From an uncultured delta proteobacterium (GTDB lineage: Bacteria > Myxococcota_A > Polyangia > Polyangiales > Houyiibacteriaceae), in contig CAWJRH010000001.1 in the NCBI GenBank assembly GCA_963845195.1, forward strand, positions 852,597-916,596: a stretch of DNA of 64,000 nucleotides. The letters are read 5' to 3'. Shown piece by piece: positions 62,466 to 64,000 of this stretch (positions within the stretch are counted from its first letter, which is position 1; the number at the start of each line of letters is the position of its first letter). A model generated the notes under the pieces. It did not search any database. It had not been told where the DNA came from and saw nothing but the letters and a program-made list of their open reading frames with translations. The position numbers and the translations under genes are program-made.

Positions 62466-63959
62466 TTGAAGGAACTGCAGGAACGGTTCCCCGAGTTCGA
62501 TTCGCCGACCGGAAGCGCGTTTCCGCCGCCGGCCGGACGCCGCGTCTACTGCAATCGCAACCTGCGCCTCGACCAGATTCGAGTCGTTGGGTTCGACATG
62601 GACTACACCTTGGCGATCTATCGGCAGTCGGCGATGGATCGACTCAGCATCGAGGCGACGGTCGAGAAGCTCGTCGAACGCGGATACCCCGAAGAACTCT
62701 CCTCGATGCGCTACCGGACCGATTTTCCGGTTCGCGGTCTTCTCATCGATCGCAAGCTCGGCAACGTGCTGATGATGGACCGGTACCGCTACGTGAAGAT
62801 CGCGTATCATGGGTTTCGAAGACTCACGCGGGAGGAGCGACGGCGGGCCTATCACACCCGGCGACTGCGCCCAGGCACCGAGCGCTACCATTGGGTGGAC
62901 ACGCTCTACGCGCTTTCCGAGGTCGCGGTGTACGCCGCCGCCATCGAGCAGCTCGAGAGTCAGGGCACCGAAGTCGACTACGGCACGCTCTTCGCGGACA
63001 TTCGCGAGTGCGCTGACCTTTCACATCAAGACGGGTCGATTCTCGACGTGGTGCGGAGCGACCTATCAGCCTACGTCGAGCCTGATCCCGATCTCGGAGT
63101 CCTCCTGCACAAGCTGCGCAGCGCCGGCAAGCGGCTGTTCCTCCTCACCAACTCAGGCCCGGACTACACCGAAGCCATGATGTCCTACCTTCTCGATGAT
63201 GCCCTAGGCGAGTATCCCACCTGGAGAAACTACTTCGATTACGTGATGACGGACGCACGCAAGCCTAGGTTCTTCACCGGGAAGTCTCCGTTCGTCGATC
63301 ACGAAACCGGGGAGGAAACTCCGCGGCCAAGTCGGGGTCGTTTGTATACGGGAGGCAACATCGCCGATCTGGACCGAACCCTCGGGGTTCACGGAGACGA
63401 GGTGCTGTACGTCGGTGACCACATCTATGGTGATGTCCTGCGCGCGAAGAAGGAATCTGCCTGGCGTACGGCGATGGTGATTCAGGAAATGGACGACGAG
63501 CTACGAATCCTGCGGGAACATGCCGCCAGTTTTGAACGCGTCGATTCTCTGACTCAGGTTCGGGTTGGCGTGTACGACGAGCTCCGCGAGCATCAGGCAC
63601 GGCTGAAGAAGGTTGAGCGGGCACTCTCCGAGGAGAACGCTAGCGGCTCGCGCCCTTCGATCGAAGCGAAGAGGGTTCTTCATCGGCGCGCAATCGATCG
63701 ACTCCGTGCACAGCTGCGCAGTCTCGACGCTGAGATCGCAGAGCTCAACGACGCGCTCGACCAGGCGTTCCACCCTTTTTGGGGGTCGAGCTTCAAGGCG
63801 GGCAACGAAGTGTCGAATTTCGGAAACCAGGTCGAGCAGTACGCCTGTCTCTACACCTCGCGTGCCACCAATCTCGGCCAATACTCGCCGATGCACTACT
63901 TCGAGAGCCCACGGCACCGAATGCCCCACGAGCTTGCCGGTCCACCGGTCGGGGTCTGA
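62466..63959 (+). CDS. HAD-superfamily cytosolic 5'-nucleotidase (cN-II-like family)
   Basis: TTG start. RVYCNRNLRLDQIRVVGFDMDYTLAIY (DxDxT motif I), LFLLTNS, YVGDHIYGDV (motif IV). 497 aa. Confidence 0.8.
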   Translation: MKELQERFPEFDSPTGSAFPPPAGRRVYCNRNLRLDQIRVVGFDMDYTLAIYRQSAMDRLSIEATVEKLVERGYPEELSSMRYRTDFPVRGLLIDRKLGNVLMMDRYRYVKIAYHGFRRLTREERRRAYHTRRLRPGTERYHWVDTLYALSEVAVYAAAIEQLESQGTEVDYGTLFADIRECADLSHQDGSILDVVRSDLSAYVEPDPDLGVLLHKLRSAGKRLFLLTNSGPDYTEAMMSYLLDDALGEYPTWRNYFDYVMTDARKPRFFTGKSPFVDHETGEETPRPSRGRLYTGGNIADLDRTLGVHGDEVLYVGDHIYGDVLRAKKESAWRTAMVIQEMDDELRILREHAASFERVDSLTQVRVGVYDELREHQARLKKVERALSEENASGSRPSIEAKRVLHRRAIDRLRAQLRSLDAEIAELNDALDQAFHPFWGSSFKAGNEVSNFGNQVEQYACLYTSRATNLGQYSPMHYFESPRHRMPHELAGPPVGV

Positions 63960-64000
63960 GTTCCCGTTGGTTTTTTGGTCGGCGCGAAGCGGTACCGTCT

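Overview
This is a GC-rich (about 60-65% by eye), gene-dense chromosomal window. The protein repertoire includes FHA/HK/REC hybrids, a Ser/Thr kinase, an ECF sigma factor, an MJ0042-type zinc-ribbon/TPR giant, and many Gly- or Cys-rich lipoproteins. From this I infer a Myxococcota/Bradymonadota-like deltaproteobacterium. I call about 58 CDSs. Many ORF-track entries were trimmed to internal starts, and the many long antisense or out-of-frame ORFs were discarded as high-GC shadows. Housekeeping blocks: mreB-mreC-mreD-mrdA-rodA (+ a C-N hydrolase), bamD, phoH-cysK-SMUG1-like UDG, pyk, queD, uvrC, zapA-MTHFS, cdd-punA, rplU-rpmA. I saw no rRNA, tRNA, CRISPR array, transposase/integrase or phage gene. 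The most unusual locus is at 21.3-28.6 kb. It holds two tandem, diverged copies of a translationally coupled gene pair: a ~340-aa disulfide-rich lipoprotein plus a ~830-aa vWA/MIDAS-like lipoprotein. No known partner genes sit nearby, and this is my best candidate for an undescribed secreted or surface two-component system. Secondary candidates are listed here. (1) A six-gene minus-strand cluster at 31.2-39.2 kb: acyltransferase, MpaB-like oxygenase, hybrid HK, two AlkP-superfamily phosphodiesterases, GT4. (2) An FHA-hybrid kinase translationally coupled to an orphan D12 adenine methyltransferase. (3) An ECF-sigma-led lipid-modification operon. (4) A TonB_C-fused TonB-dependent receptor with a His-rich partner. 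(5) A 1175-aa zinc-ribbon/DLPxP-array/TPR protein next to zapA. All functional calls rest on motifs I recognised by eye; no database search was possible.
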